Source of the DNA: an uncultured Nitrospinota bacterium
GTDB lineage: Bacteria > Tectomicrobia > Entotheonellia > J063 > CAVPRW01
Direction: 5' to 3'
Assembly: GCA_963707985.1 (NCBI GenBank)
Contig: CAVPRW010000007.1
Location: 96,001-160,000 of the forward strand
DNA: 64,000 nucleotides
Every line of letters starts with the position of its first letter. Positions within the stretch are counted from its first letter, which is position 1. Below, in pieces: positions 30,386 through 40,851 of this stretch. The notes under the pieces were generated by a model that was given only the letters and a program-made list of their open reading frames with translations, ran no database searches and was not told the DNA's origin. A program made the translations under genes and the position numbers.

Positions 30386-32713
30386 ATGATGAACGATCCA
30401 TGGGAATCCGTGTGGGAGCACGTCCGTGCAGGCAGGCACGCTATCGTACTCGGCTCGAGTGCGCTGCCAGCGGGACCAAGTGACCTGAAGGTCGTCCGAG
30501 TCAGTTGTGAGGCCACAGGCCCGAGTGGAGGAGCTCTGGATACGGCACGCCGTAAGGTGATGCAACTCCTCGGCGAAGATCTGCTGCCCTCCGGCCCGAC
30601 TCCCAATCAGCTCGAAGCAGGGTTTCGCCGTCGGGTTCTGGGTGACCTGCCAGGCCCACCCCTGGAAGCCCAGGTGGTGGACGTGTGCAATCAGCTCGCC
30701 GAGCGCACGGGTGGGCGAGCGACGCTGATGTTTGAATCCATTGATGCCGCCGACGTGGCAACACTGGAGAGCCTCGCCCGCATTCTAGGGCGCCCGGGGT
30801 GGTTGCGATTGCCATTACTCCTGACCCTGCGCGGCGTGCCACAGGGACCGGTCGAGGAACTCATCAAGCTGATACGTCAAGGCTATGCCGAAGCGGGTAT
30901 CTTTGAGATGAACGAGCCTGCTCCTGCTGATCAGGAAACAGCGTCCTTCACATGGACGGCATTGCCCCCTGACGTGCTTCGTGTGCTCCGTGCGGCATCG
31001 ATGTTCGGGCCCACGTTCGAAGCCGACATGGTTGCCAGGCTGTTGGATGAGTCCTTAGGAGCGGTGTTGGAAAGACTCCAAAGGGCGGCCGACGTGGGTG
31101 CCCCGCTTGCCGACCGAGGAGAAGGACAATTTTCGCTGCCGCCGGATACGATCAGGGCGCTTCAGAGTCGAATGTTGCCCTCACTTCTCACCTTCTGGCA
31201 CTCACGCCTCGGCGAACTCTTCAGCGGTGCAAGACGCGTGGGAAGCACGGCGACACCGGCACAGTATGAGGAGGGTCTACGGCGCCGCGAGGCGGGACCG
31301 GATGCGCGCCAGCAGATGTCAGAGCCAATAGAGACCTTGGTCGACATACCAAAGAGAGCACCTGAGACAGCACCTGCGGCCGAAGTCGCGAGCGCTCACC
31401 CTCGTGCAAGCTACTCATCCCTGTTCGAACCGGAGGAGCGCGCTGGGGCGCCAAGCCAGCCGACACAGCAGGAGGCGGCACCAGCAGTGGCTGCTGGTAT
31501 CAGTGGGCGGGCATCCAGACCGCGCCAGAGAGCTATGGAACCAGTGCCCCCGTCACGCCTGCCAGAAGATCAGACACGAGCAGCCGCCCATCTGCAGGCA
31601 GCCGGTCAAACCGAGGCTGCTGTTCAGCAGTACCTCGCGGCCGTTCGCGACGTGGCATCGCGTGGAGATACTCACCGCGCCTATGGCCTGGTAGAGCAAG
31701 GGTTGAAGTTGCTAGAGGATCTTCCGGTGTCGCCCCGACGTGCCCTACTGCGAGCCCAACTCTTGATCGAGAGAGGGGCCTTGCAATGGCGTGGGGCTTT
31801 GATTGGTGCGCCATTTACGTTGCAACAGGCGTTGGTATCGCTCGAGACGGCCAGGTCAGCTCTACCCAACGATGTGCCCCCTGACATAGTCGGACGCCTC
31901 GCCGCGACCATCGCTGGGGTATGTTATGACTTGGGCGATCTGGACTCCCTGCAACGGGCGCTCGGTGAGTTGGTGGAGGCCAGCCGCCAACTGCTCGAAG
32001 CTCATGAAGCACTACTCGCCGCCCGCTTACTCAATGATCAAGCAGCCATTTACGTGCGCTTGGGAGACCCCGTACGCGCCACCCACCTCTTGGAAAGGTC
32101 GCGAGAGCTATTTGAAGGGCGCCTGCAGGCCAACGCAGACGATGTGGTGGCGCTCGAGGAACTCGCGGAAACTCACCACCTGTTGGCCCGGCTCCCCATG
32201 CATGCCTCAATCCGTCCCGGACGAGAGGCCGATGCCTTGGCGATGAGCCTGGAGCACGCCCAGGCAGCTGAACGCGCCTATCAACGCCTCGGCGAGCACC
32301 AGGAGCTGGCACGTGTGTGGGAAACCATGGGGAGACTCGCGTTGCAGCATGGACAGCATGCGGCGGCCCAACAACGCCTGTCGGCAGCTCTTACGAGCCA
32401 GCAACAGCTCGGCGATGTGATCGGGGCGGCGCGTTCCACGGCCGCCTTGGCGGAGTTATGTAGGGTGACGGGCCGACTGGCGGACGCGCTGACGCTGCTC
32501 GATAATTCGATTAGACTCAATCTTGAGAAGGGATCGCCCTTGGGGCTTGCCGTCAATCGCCGTGCCCTCAGCGCCATCGCCGACGCGGTTACTCAGTCCC
32601 AAGGGCCAGGAGCAAGAGAGCTTCGAGGCGCTGTGGAGGAGGTCGAGCATCATCTAACGCAGGCTGAGTCAGTCCTTGGGCGCATGGAACTGCCGGGAGA
32701 GGGACGCCCATAA
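30386..32713 (+). CDS. large TPR protein with degenerate ATPase-like N-terminus
   Basis: LMFESIDAAD (Walker B-like), VLRAASMFGPTF winged-helix-like segment, Pro/Ala linker, C-terminal TPRs. Confidence 0.65.
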   Translation: MMNDPWESVWEHVRAGRHAIVLGSSALPAGPSDLKVVRVSCEATGPSGGALDTARRKVMQLLGEDLLPSGPTPNQLEAGFRRRVLGDLPGPPLEAQVVDVCNQLAERTGGRATLMFESIDAADVATLESLARILGRPGWLRLPLLLTLRGVPQGPVEELIKLIRQGYAEAGIFEMNEPAPADQETASFTWTALPPDVLRVLRAASMFGPTFEADMVARLLDESLGAVLERLQRAADVGAPLADRGEGQFSLPPDTIRALQSRMLPSLLTFWHSRLGELFSGARRVGSTATPAQYEEGLRRREAGPDARQQMSEPIETLVDIPKRAPETAPAAEVASAHPRASYSSLFEPEERAGAPSQPTQQEAAPAVAAGISGRASRPRQRAMEPVPPSRLPEDQTRAAAHLQAAGQTEAAVQQYLAAVRDVASRGDTHRAYGLVEQGLKLLEDLPVSPRRALLRAQLLIERGALQWRGALIGAPFTLQQALVSLETARSALPNDVPPDIVGRLAATIAGVCYDLGDLDSLQRALGELVEASRQLLEAHEALLAARLLNDQAAIYVRLGDPVRATHLLERSRELFEGRLQANADDVVALEELAETHHLLARLPMHASIRPGREADALAMSLEHAQAAERAYQRLGEHQELARVWETMGRLALQHGQHAAAQQRLSAALTSQQQLGDVIGAARSTAALAELCRVTGRLADALTLLDNSIRLNLEKGSPLGLAVNRRALSAIADAVTQSQGPGARELRGAVEEVEHHLTQAESVLGRMELPGEGRP

Positions 32714-32771
32714 TGCGGGAAGCCCCTCCATACGAAATGGCCCTTTACCCTTCTGAGCATGGATGACAGTC

Positions 32772-33326
32772 TTACAGGCCTGAAGTTCCGAGAATGGCGA
32801 CCGTGCTTGCCTGGGGTCCTTGAGCCCCAGCCTCCTCGGTAAAACGTACCTCTGTGCCGATCGACAGCCGCTCGAAACCGGGGTGCAGCACGCTGTTGCG
32901 ATGGAAGTAGATCTCGCGCCCCTCTGGCGTTTCTATGAAGCCATGGTCGCGTTCTGGAAGCAATTTGCTGACGCGACCGTGGGACATGCCTTCATGCGTC
33001 TTCACATCGCCCCGCTGCCGACGAGCATAATCTTCCAGACGCCGACGGGCAGCATCGAAGGCGTCCCGGATGGCCACATAGAGATCCGTATCGGTTTGGC
33101 GGTCGACCACGAGCTCCGACCCGGGTACTGACAGATCGATTCTGACCACGTATGGGCCTTGGCGGTGGTGGCGCCCAGGCCCTTCCACGACCACTCGACA
33201 GCTGATGATGCCATCGTAATAGGTGTCGAGATTTTCCGCTTTGGCGCGAATATCGTTCTCGGCCACCTCGGATAGGGACAGGTCACGAGCGGTGATTTGC
33301 AAGGGCTGTTGCACGGTTTCCTCCAT
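32772..33326 (-). CDS. HPF/RaiA ribosome hibernation factor fused to a cold-shock domain
   Basis: CRVVVE..DLYVAIRDAFDAARRRL; HGFIETPEGREIYFHRNSV. Confidence 0.9.
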   Translation of the reverse strand: MEETVQQPLQITARDLSLSEVAENDIRAKAENLDTYYDGIISCRVVVEGPGRHHRQGPYVVRIDLSVPGSELVVDRQTDTDLYVAIRDAFDAARRRLEDYARRQRGDVKTHEGMSHGRVSKLLPERDHGFIETPEGREIYFHRNSVLHPGFERLSIGTEVRFTEEAGAQGPQASTVAILGTSGL

Positions 33327-33425
33327 GGTTCTAGCGATGACGACTCACCTGGCCTGGCAAGGTTGCATAGGCGGTCCATAAGTACCGGCTCGCCCTCCGC
33401 ACATGCGCATGCCACGACGGCAGGA

Positions 33426-33935
33426 TCAGGCTTTGGCTTCTCCCTGGCGTCGGATAGTGAACACCGGGCAAGACGCGTGCCGGGTGACCTCCTCTGCCAC
33501 ACTTCCGAGTAAGAGGTGGCGTAACCCACTATGTCCATGGGTGCCCATCACGATGAGATCGACCCCCTCCTCACGCGCCACACGTAGAATTTCTTCCGCC
33601 GGCTTGCCCACTCCCACCATGCTTTCCAACGGCAGAGGCTCTTTGAGGTGCTTGTGGGCAAAGTCCTGTAGTTCAGTCGAGGCCTTGTCTATCAGATCGA
33701 TGATGATGGTCTGGCCAGCGAAGGGTCGGTTGCCCGGCGCCATTCTTTCAAGATAATACGCTGGTGGACTGGTCACACCGATTCCCTGGGCAAATACCTC
33801 TTCGACGGCTTTGGGGATCACATGGAATAGGAGCAGCCGAGAGCCGTATTTCTCTGCCAGACTCATCCCCCACAATAACGCCTGCTGGGAGTCGCTTGAG
33901 TAATCGACGGGCACGAGGATTTTCCGGACATCCAT
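33426..33935 (-). CDS. universal stress protein
   Basis: ILVPVDYS, DLIVMGTHG..LLGSVAEEV. Confidence 0.93.
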   Translation of the reverse strand: MDVRKILVPVDYSSDSQQALLWGMSLAEKYGSRLLLFHVIPKAVEEVFAQGIGVTSPPAYYLERMAPGNRPFAGQTIIIDLIDKASTELQDFAHKHLKEPLPLESMVGVGKPAEEILRVAREEGVDLIVMGTHGHSGLRHLLLGSVAEEVTRHASCPVFTIRRQGEAKA

Positions 33936-34004
33936 GCGCGTTGCTCCTCTCCATGCTGGAGCCTCGTTCTGGGTGCTGTGGCCATTTTTTGAAGTGTTCG
34001 CTCC

Positions 34005-34020
34005 AGCGAGTGGATTGCCA
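34005..34020 (-). promoter_or_regulatory. possible sigma-54 promoter
   Basis: TGGCAATCCACTCGCT, 70 bp upstream of the USP start. Confidence 0.4.
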
Positions 34021-34218
34021 GTTCAAGAATATGGCAGGCAGGCACCCCAAGAGCCGAGGCGGAGGTCTGACGCCCGACACCGCAGCCATCCATTGTCCTG
34101 ACAACGTCCCCAAGGCTTCAGGCTCAGCGGGCTCTTGATGCCGGGGGGTGGCAGAGCCCGTCCGATCTCGTTGTCGACGATCGAGGCTGCGGCGATTATC
34201 GGGCAGATGAATCAACAA

Positions 34219-34662
34219 TTACTCGACAGTCACTGGGATGGCTTTCGGCTTGGCCTCCTCAGTCTTCGGCAGACTTATAGTGAGCACTCCATTCTTGAAG
34301 CTGGCCTTGATCTTGTCCGGGGCTACGGACGCTGGTAGCCGAACCATCCGCACGAACGCACCATAGCTCCGCTCCACGATGTGCCGCTGCTCGTCCTTCT
34401 CCTCTTTTTCTTGTTTCCTCTCTCCTTTGATAGTCAAAACATCCCCGGAAACGGATACGTCCAAATCCTTAGTTTCAAGTCCTGGAAGTTCGGTCTTGAT
34501 GGTCAGCGCGTCCTTCGTTTCGGACATATCGAGCCGGGGTTCCCATGTTCCACCGGGAAGTTCCGGGCCCGGCACCTCACCAAAGAAACGTTCCAGAAGG
34601 CGGTCCATTTCGCGCCGTAATGATCCGAGTTCTCCCAACGGTCGCCAGGGGGTCAATGCCAT
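34219..34662 (-). CDS. Hsp20/alpha-crystallin family protein
   Basis: ELPGL, ERSYGAFVR, ASFKNGVLTISLPK. Confidence 0.95.
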   Translation of the reverse strand: MALTPWRPLGELGSLRREMDRLLERFFGEVPGPELPGGTWEPRLDMSETKDALTIKTELPGLETKDLDVSVSGDVLTIKGERKQEKEEKDEQRHIVERSYGAFVRMVRLPASVAPDKIKASFKNGVLTISLPKTEEAKPKAIPVTVE

Positions 34663-34739
34663 GAGAACACCTCCTATTGATGTGGAATTGCGTGTTGCAT
34701 CTGCTTCTGACCTCTCTACTCGCGTCATTCCTATCAAGG

Positions 34740-34755
34740 TGCAAACTGCTTGCCA
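34740..34755 (-). promoter_or_regulatory. sigma-54 promoter
   Basis: TGGCAAGCAGTTTGCA upstream of hsp20. Confidence 0.65.
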
Positions 34756-35336
34756 TCACGGAGCACACCTGGTAAGACACAGAGGGCTCGTTGTCTAGGG
34801 AGAAGCGCTTCGAGAAGCATAGCCTTGACCAGGGTGACAGAGGAAGGCAGGGACAATCTGTCACATTATCGACCATTCTGTCTCGCTCCCCGAGTGCCGT
34901 CAAAAGGGGGGTACAATGAATTTCTAGGAAATCATTGGGGCACAATGTCTCGCCCATTTGTGTGGGACGGGCGAGACTCTCCGGAGAAGACGAGAGAATT
35001 TCACAACTACGGTGCGACAGATGTGACGGGGTCCATCCATCAGGTAGGACAGGAGGAGTGGGAGCACCAGAGGCGGAGGTTACACGGCACCCCGTTGCGG
35101 CATGTGCATTGCTGCGAACGGCATAGCGGTGATATGACGCAGTGGATCACATGAGGCGCTGCCGCACGCAGACCCGATACGTGCCCCCAGGGTAAAGAGG
35201 AGGGATCACGAGCTGGCGGTGCTCGATCGGAACCGGCTGCTCGTCGCCATCGTCTCCCTCTATACTCAAGAGCCCTATACACATGGGCCGAGACGATAGC
35301 TGGTATAGTCCTGCCTAAGGATACGATAGGAGGGTG

Positions 35337-35798
35337 ATGGCCATGGATATCCATCATATCTTAGCACCTACTGATTTCTCCGTGCATGCCAACCAGGCCG
35401 TGACCTCTGCCTTCGAGCTGGCACAGACATGTGGGGCAAAGTTGTCATTGCTGCACGTCATCGAGATCCCGGTGTATGCAATCGAGGTGGCTCTACCGTT
35501 GGCGGACCTCGAACAGCAGGCCCGCCAGTCGTTGGCGGGCCTGCTTCCAGAAGCAGTCGCAGCCCACGTGGAGGTGACCCGCCTCGTGGAGCTGGGTGTG
35601 CCCTATCTCAGAATTCTGGAGGTGGCGAGAACCGAGCACGTGGACCTGATCGTCATGGCCACACACGGGCGCACCGGCCTTGGTCATCTGGTCCTGGGCA
35701 GTGTTGCCGAGCGCATAGTCCGCCTTGCTCCGTGCCCGGTGCTCACCATCCGGTCGACAGGAGAGGATACGGTGGGCCTACGCACCACGTTGATTTGA
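35337..35798 (+). CDS. universal stress protein
   Basis: ILAPTDFS, DLIVMATHGRTG..LGSVAERIVR. Confidence 0.93.
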   Translation: MAMDIHHILAPTDFSVHANQAVTSAFELAQTCGAKLSLLHVIEIPVYAIEVALPLADLEQQARQSLAGLLPEAVAAHVEVTRLVELGVPYLRILEVARTEHVDLIVMATHGRTGLGHLVLGSVAERIVRLAPCPVLTIRSTGEDTVGLRTTLI

Positions 35799-35908
35799 TC
35801 CAACTGCGCGTGTCGATTCAGCTCCGCGCCCTCGGCCGGCGTTACCAGGCATCATCCCGATAACGGCCGGCCAGACTTGACCCGTAACTTCCCGTTCTCC
35901 ACAGGGGC

Positions 35909-36313
35909 TTATAAGGTGATTACCTGGTCCGGCGGGTTTGCCGAAAGGGCTGCATATAGGTCTGGGAAGCAGCCCACCCGCACGCCCTGGACCGTGTGCT
36001 TGACGTGACACGGCGCGGGTGAGCTCCGTCCCTGACCGGTGGCCGGATCGCACCAGACGGGATCGCCTGTGGCAAGGCCACGCTCTAGGGCGCAGGTATC
36101 ACACATCATCAGCATGATGTGATGTTCTGCGGCCACCTTTGCCAACCGCTCACCGAGGGCGTCTCCCTGGCGCAATACGAAGGTATTGTCATCGAAAAAG
36201 AACATTGCGACTACCTCTGCGCCATGGGTGCCGGCCTCGATCTGCGGTAGGATCATCTGGCCCAACTTGTAACTGGCCGATCGGGGCAAGGCAAACAGAT
36301 ATGCGACCTTCAT
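35909..36313 (-). CDS. DsrE-like (SaoD/DsrE-type) protein
   Basis: MKVAY..MFFFDDN..CDTCALERG..GCFPDLY. Confidence 0.7.
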   Translation of the reverse strand: MKVAYLFALPRSASYKLGQMILPQIEAGTHGAEVVAMFFFDDNTFVLRQGDALGERLAKVAAEHHIMLMMCDTCALERGLATGDPVWCDPATGQGRSSPAPCHVKHTVQGVRVGCFPDLYAALSANPPDQVITL

Positions 36314-36469
36314 GATGGCTTCTCCATTGGCGTCGCTCTCCCAGGTCTCTGTTTATATCCTGCATAAACGAGCCTGTCGAAAATGTTGCTGCGGATTACG
36401 GGGATCCCGGAGGGACACGGAACGCCGTGTCCCTGCCACGCCTGCTGTCAAAGTCCCAACGGCGAACGC

Positions 36470-36895
36470 TCAGGGCCACAGGTCGCGCAGTTCCGGCGGC
36501 ATGATATGTTTGATATCTTCGATCTCACCCTCGGTGATGCGCCGCGACAGCATCTTAAACACGCCGCGGACGACGGCTTCCGCGTCGAGATCTTCCTCTT
36601 TGGTGAAGTATGCCTTCACATGGGCGCAAAATTCCTCCTTGTGCCGTTCTTTCACCGGTGTGCCGGCCGGGCTCCAGCCTTCGTAATAGAAACCCCGGAC
36701 GAGCATGGGTAGTTGGGCTCCCAGATGGGCCGCCTCGTCCACCGTCAGCCGGTCACGCAGGGCGTGCAACGTGGCCCTAAGTGCCACGTACGCTTGATGT
36801 TGGTCTTCCCACTGCAGCTCCTCCGCGAGATCCTTCAGCCAAATATGCGTCTTCTGCAGTGTATTAGCGAAGAGTTCATGATGTGTGGTGCTCAT
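36470..36895 (-). CDS. DUF2267 family protein
   Basis: LRATLHALRDRL..HLGAQLPMLVRGFYYEGW. Confidence 0.9.
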   Translation of the reverse strand: MSTTHHELFANTLQKTHIWLKDLAEELQWEDQHQAYVALRATLHALRDRLTVDEAAHLGAQLPMLVRGFYYEGWSPAGTPVKERHKEEFCAHVKAYFTKEEDLDAEAVVRGVFKMLSRRITEGEIEDIKHIMPPELRDLWP

Positions 36896-37038
36896 GTGCT
36901 AGCCTCCCCTTCTACGGCATGGCAGACCGCCAGGTAGCTCAGTGGTATGATGTCATCGCCAAAATGCCTCGGATGCATGGTCCAAACATATAGGGCACTC
37001 TGAAACGAAGCATTCGATGTCTAGATGCTTGGCAAGAG

Positions 37039-37054
37039 GGCAATATCTGTGCCA
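37039..37054 (-). promoter_or_regulatory. sigma-54 promoter
   Basis: TGGCACAGATATTGCC upstream of DUF2267. Confidence 0.7.
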
Positions 37055-37390
37055 GTGGAACGCCGAAGCCCAAGGCTGAGCCGAGCTGCGGTTTATCTCG
37101 GGACGGAGATGATGCTCGGAGCAATTTCGTCCCGTGATGGGGCAAGGTGCCTCACATGCTGCCTACCATCAGCCGACAGCCTGTCAATCGAACCATACAC
37201 TATAGCGATGCCGGATCACAGGCCGTAAGATAGCTCTTGCGGCTTCCGGCACTGCTGGGACAAAACGTCCCTTCATGAGACAAATTGTACGACTGCCCCT
37301 GGGGTGTTGCTTGCGGGCAGAGAACCGCAGATAATTCTTAAAGCGGTGCATCGCCCGGCGCACGTCTGGACAGGCGACCCAGCCAGTCGA

Positions 37391-37406
37391 TGGCAAGCGG
37401 GTTGCC
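37391..37406 (+). promoter_or_regulatory. sigma-54 promoter
   Basis: TGGCAAGCGGGTTGCC upstream of glgP. Confidence 0.65.
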
Positions 37407-37461
37407 TATCTGCCGCCTATACAACACGGGGAGGGTGTTCGTTACGTCAAAGGAGACATCG

Positions 37462-39162
37462 ATGTCGAATGCTATGGTGCCAGTGCCGATGATCGCGTAC
37501 TTCTCGATGGAGATCGCTCTCGAAAGCCACATCCCAACCTACAGCGGTGGTCTCGGCGTTTTGGCCGGCGATACCCTACGCAGCGCGGCCGACCTGAGGC
37601 TACCGATGGTCGGCGTGACGCTCCTGCACCGCAAGGGTTATTTCTTCCAACGATTGGATGACGAGGGACGCCAATCCGAGGCTCCGGTCGCGTGGCCGAT
37701 CGACGATTTCCTGCAGCTGACGGATGGCGTCTGCCAGGTGGAGATCGAAGGCCGACAGGTGACCGTGCGTGCCTGGCGCTTCCTCATCATCGGGGTTGCC
37801 GGCTCCGAAGTGCCAGTCTTTCTCCTCGATACAGACGTTCCGGAGAACGACCCCTTCGATCGTACCTTGACCGACTCCCTGTACGGCGGCGATGAGCGCT
37901 ATCGGCTCTGCCAGGAAGTAATCCTGGGCGTCGGGGGTGTGCGCATGCTGCGGGCCTTGGGATATCCGCAAATGGGTAAGTTCCACATGAACGAAGGACA
38001 CGCCGCTCTCCTGGCCCTGGAGTTATTTGACGAAGAGCTCAAGCATACACCCGACAAGCGCGATGAGGCCATGGAACGCGTCAAGCGCATGTGCGTATTC
38101 ACTACCCATACGCCGGTGCCGGCGGGCCACGATCAGTTCTCCCCTGGTGTGGTCGAACGCGTCTTGACCGCCGATCAGTTGGAGGCCTTGCGGGCCTCGG
38201 AGTGCTGCAATGCGGTCCTCAACATGACGTTTGTGGGACTGCATCTGAGCCATTTTGTCAACGGCGTCACGAAACGACATAGCGAGGTGTCGCGCTCGAT
38301 GTTCCCTGGTTATCCGATCAACGCGATCACCAACGGCGTGCACTCAGCTACCTGGACCGCCCTCGCATTTCAGCGGCTTTACGACCGCTATATCCCGGAC
38401 TGGCGGCAGGACAGCTTCTCCCTGCGTTACGCCCTTGGAGTCCCCCTAGATGATATTCGCCAGGCCCATCAAGAGGTGAAACAGCGCCTGGTCACGGAGG
38501 TCAATCGCCAGGTCAATAGCGGTTTCGACCACAATCTGTTCACGCTGGGCTTTGCTCGCCGTGCCACCGCATACAAGCGCGTAGACTTACTATTTCACGA
38601 TCCCGAGCGGCTGCGTTCCCTGGCGCAGCGGTATGGACCTTTGCAGCTGGCGTTCGCAGGCAAAGCCCATCCGAGAGATGAGCGCGGCAAGGCACTGATC
38701 CAGCAGATCATCCAACAGGGCACCCGCCTGCATCCTGAAGTGCGGCTTGCTTACCTACCGAACTATGACATGGAGCTGGCGCAACTGCTGACGGCTGGCG
38801 TAGACCTGTGGCTCAACACTCCTCTGCCACCATACGAAGCCTCCGGTACCAGCGGTATGAAGGCAGCCCATAACGGCGTGCCCAGTCTCAGCGTGCTCGA
38901 CGGCTGGTGGTTGGAGGGACATATCGAAGGGGTGACGGGGTGGGCTATTGGATCACGCGACGACAGCGGTGCAGGTCAGCACGATGAGGCCGATGCTCGG
39001 AGTCTCTATCAGAAGCTGGAGGAAGCGATCCTCCCGCTATACACCAATGAGCCGAGCCGCTGGGCTGAGGTGATGCGCTATACCATCGCCCTCAGCGCCT
39101 CATTCTTCAATACACAGCGCATGCTCACGGAGTATGTCCAGTATGCCTATCGAGTTCCGTAA
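37462..39162 (+). CDS. glgP: alpha-glucan (glycogen) phosphorylase, short form
   Basis: YSGGLGVLAGD, HMNEGH, FTTHTPVPAGHD, EASGTSGMKA. Confidence 0.92.
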   Translation: MSNAMVPVPMIAYFSMEIALESHIPTYSGGLGVLAGDTLRSAADLRLPMVGVTLLHRKGYFFQRLDDEGRQSEAPVAWPIDDFLQLTDGVCQVEIEGRQVTVRAWRFLIIGVAGSEVPVFLLDTDVPENDPFDRTLTDSLYGGDERYRLCQEVILGVGGVRMLRALGYPQMGKFHMNEGHAALLALELFDEELKHTPDKRDEAMERVKRMCVFTTHTPVPAGHDQFSPGVVERVLTADQLEALRASECCNAVLNMTFVGLHLSHFVNGVTKRHSEVSRSMFPGYPINAITNGVHSATWTALAFQRLYDRYIPDWRQDSFSLRYALGVPLDDIRQAHQEVKQRLVTEVNRQVNSGFDHNLFTLGFARRATAYKRVDLLFHDPERLRSLAQRYGPLQLAFAGKAHPRDERGKALIQQIIQQGTRLHPEVRLAYLPNYDMELAQLLTAGVDLWLNTPLPPYEASGTSGMKAAHNGVPSLSVLDGWWLEGHIEGVTGWAIGSRDDSGAGQHDEADARSLYQKLEEAILPLYTNEPSRWAEVMRYTIALSASFFNTQRMLTEYVQYAYRVP

Positions 39163-39479
39163 ACTGCTGCCGACCCCCAGATGACTCCCCACCAGGCGAA
39201 CACCAGACCATCGAGGGGGAAGGGCTCAAAGATCCCCACACCGTACCGATACCCACCTCGTCTCATGGTGTGCCCAGAAGGAGCAGGCCGCGCTGAGCCT
39301 ACCATCGCCTAACATCAGCAAGAGGACACCCGTGCTGATCGGGCACCATGCGAAAACTGTTGCATGACAGACCGTTAGTGGGATAGAGTGCCCAGCCATC
39401 ACCGTCGCCCTGAGCTATTTCGTCCGTCGGCTCCCGAATGTCCTCGGTGCAGACCGCTACCCAACTGCACCAGGCAGCC

Positions 39480-39860
39480 CCGTGGCCATGACACACATGC
39501 GTCGAGCATGTCGAGTAGGACCTCGTGGAGCCCGAGTACAATAGGCTCAAACGCGCCATTGAGAAAGAGTTGCTGCCGTGTTGCTGCCGCTACCACGAGG
39601 GGATTCTTTCCTAGTTTCCGTTTATCAGTGGGTTTCTGACCGGAAAATACCGGCGGGGCCAGCCACCAGGGGCCGGTACCTGGTTCGCCGTCCAGATGCA
39701 TCGCGCCTTGACCATTCTCACGCCGGAGAATTTCGACGTGTTGGACCAACGGAAGGCCTTTGCCGCCCCGCCCTCCCGTCCGTTGGTGGAACTGGCCTTC
39801 GCCTGCTTAATCACCCATCCCCAGGAGAGCAGCATCATTGCCGGCGCCACCATCAAGAAC
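39480..39860 (+). pseudogene. aldo/keto reductase remnant
   Basis: EYNRLKRAIEKELLP..SGFLTGKYRRG..LAFACLITHP..SIIAGAT, broken by a stop and frameshifts. Confidence 0.6.
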
Positions 39861-39921
39861 TTACGCGTTCGAGGTATAATGCCGGACATTTGTCCCGATG
39901 AAGGCCGGATGAGGAGCCTGC

Positions 39922-40851
39922 ATGACCATGTCTTCACTCTTTCACGAATATGAACGGCTCGACAGTCTAAAAGCCCTGTTTTCCTCTGCTCCGGCACGCG
40001 TGTCCTTCGAGTTTTTCCCACCCAAAACCCCCCAAATGGAGGAAAACCTCTGGGAATCCATCCAGCTACTGGCACCGCTGCGGCCTGCCTTCGTCTCGGT
40101 GACCTACGGCGCGGGCGGATCGACGCGCGATCGCACCCACGCCACGGTGAAGCGCCTTCTCAGCGAGACCTCGCTCACTCCCGCGGCCCATCTGACCTGT
40201 GTAGGCGCCACACGGGAGGAGATCAACGAAGTCGCCCAGGCGTACTGGGAATCGGGTGTGCGGCATATCGTCGCACTGCGCGGCGACATTGCCGAGGCGA
40301 CGAGAGGGACCTATACCCCGTATCCCGGCGGGTACGCCTATGCCTCGGACCTCGTGGCGGGGCTGTTGCGCGTCGCGGATTTCGAGATCAGCGTGGCCGC
40401 ATACCCCGAAACCCACCCGGAAGCGAAGAGTCCTGCCGATGACCTGGATCATCTCAAGCGCAAAATCGACGCCGGAGCGACACGTGCCATTACCCAGTTT
40501 TTCTTCGAGGTGGACGTGTATCTGCGGTTTCTGGAACGCGCGTACGGCGCGGGCATTACGGTGCCGATCGTCCCCGGCATCCTGCCCGTCACCAACTATA
40601 CGCAGTTGAAACGCTTCGCGGGCACCTGCGGCGCCAAGGTGCCGGACTGGATGGCCAGCCTCTTCGAGGGGTCGGACCACAATCCAGAGCTGCGCGCACT
40701 GATTGCGACTTCCATTGCCGCCGAGCAATGCCGGTTGCTGCGCGCCGCCGGGATCGAGGAATTCCATTTTTATACGCTGAATCGCGCCAAGCTGACGCTG
40801 GCCATCTGCCATATTTTGGGCATCCGCGCCCCAATACCGGCAAGGACATAA
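39922..40851 (+). CDS. metF: 5,10-methylenetetrahydrofolate reductase
   Basis: SFEFFPPKT, SVTYGAGGST, AHLTC, ITQFFF, FHFYTLN. Confidence 0.95.
   Translation: MTMSSLFHEYERLDSLKALFSSAPARVSFEFFPPKTPQMEENLWESIQLLAPLRPAFVSVTYGAGGSTRDRTHATVKRLLSETSLTPAAHLTCVGATREEINEVAQAYWESGVRHIVALRGDIAEATRGTYTPYPGGYAYASDLVAGLLRVADFEISVAAYPETHPEAKSPADDLDHLKRKIDAGATRAITQFFFEVDVYLRFLERAYGAGITVPIVPGILPVTNYTQLKRFAGTCGAKVPDWMASLFEGSDHNPELRALIATSIAAEQCRLLRAAGIEEFHFYTLNRAKLTLAICHILGIRAPIPART

Noticed and set aside
35300..35314. sigma-54 promoter for the second USP (TGGTATAGTCCTGCC)
   Set aside because: GG-to-GC spacing is 9, not the required 10
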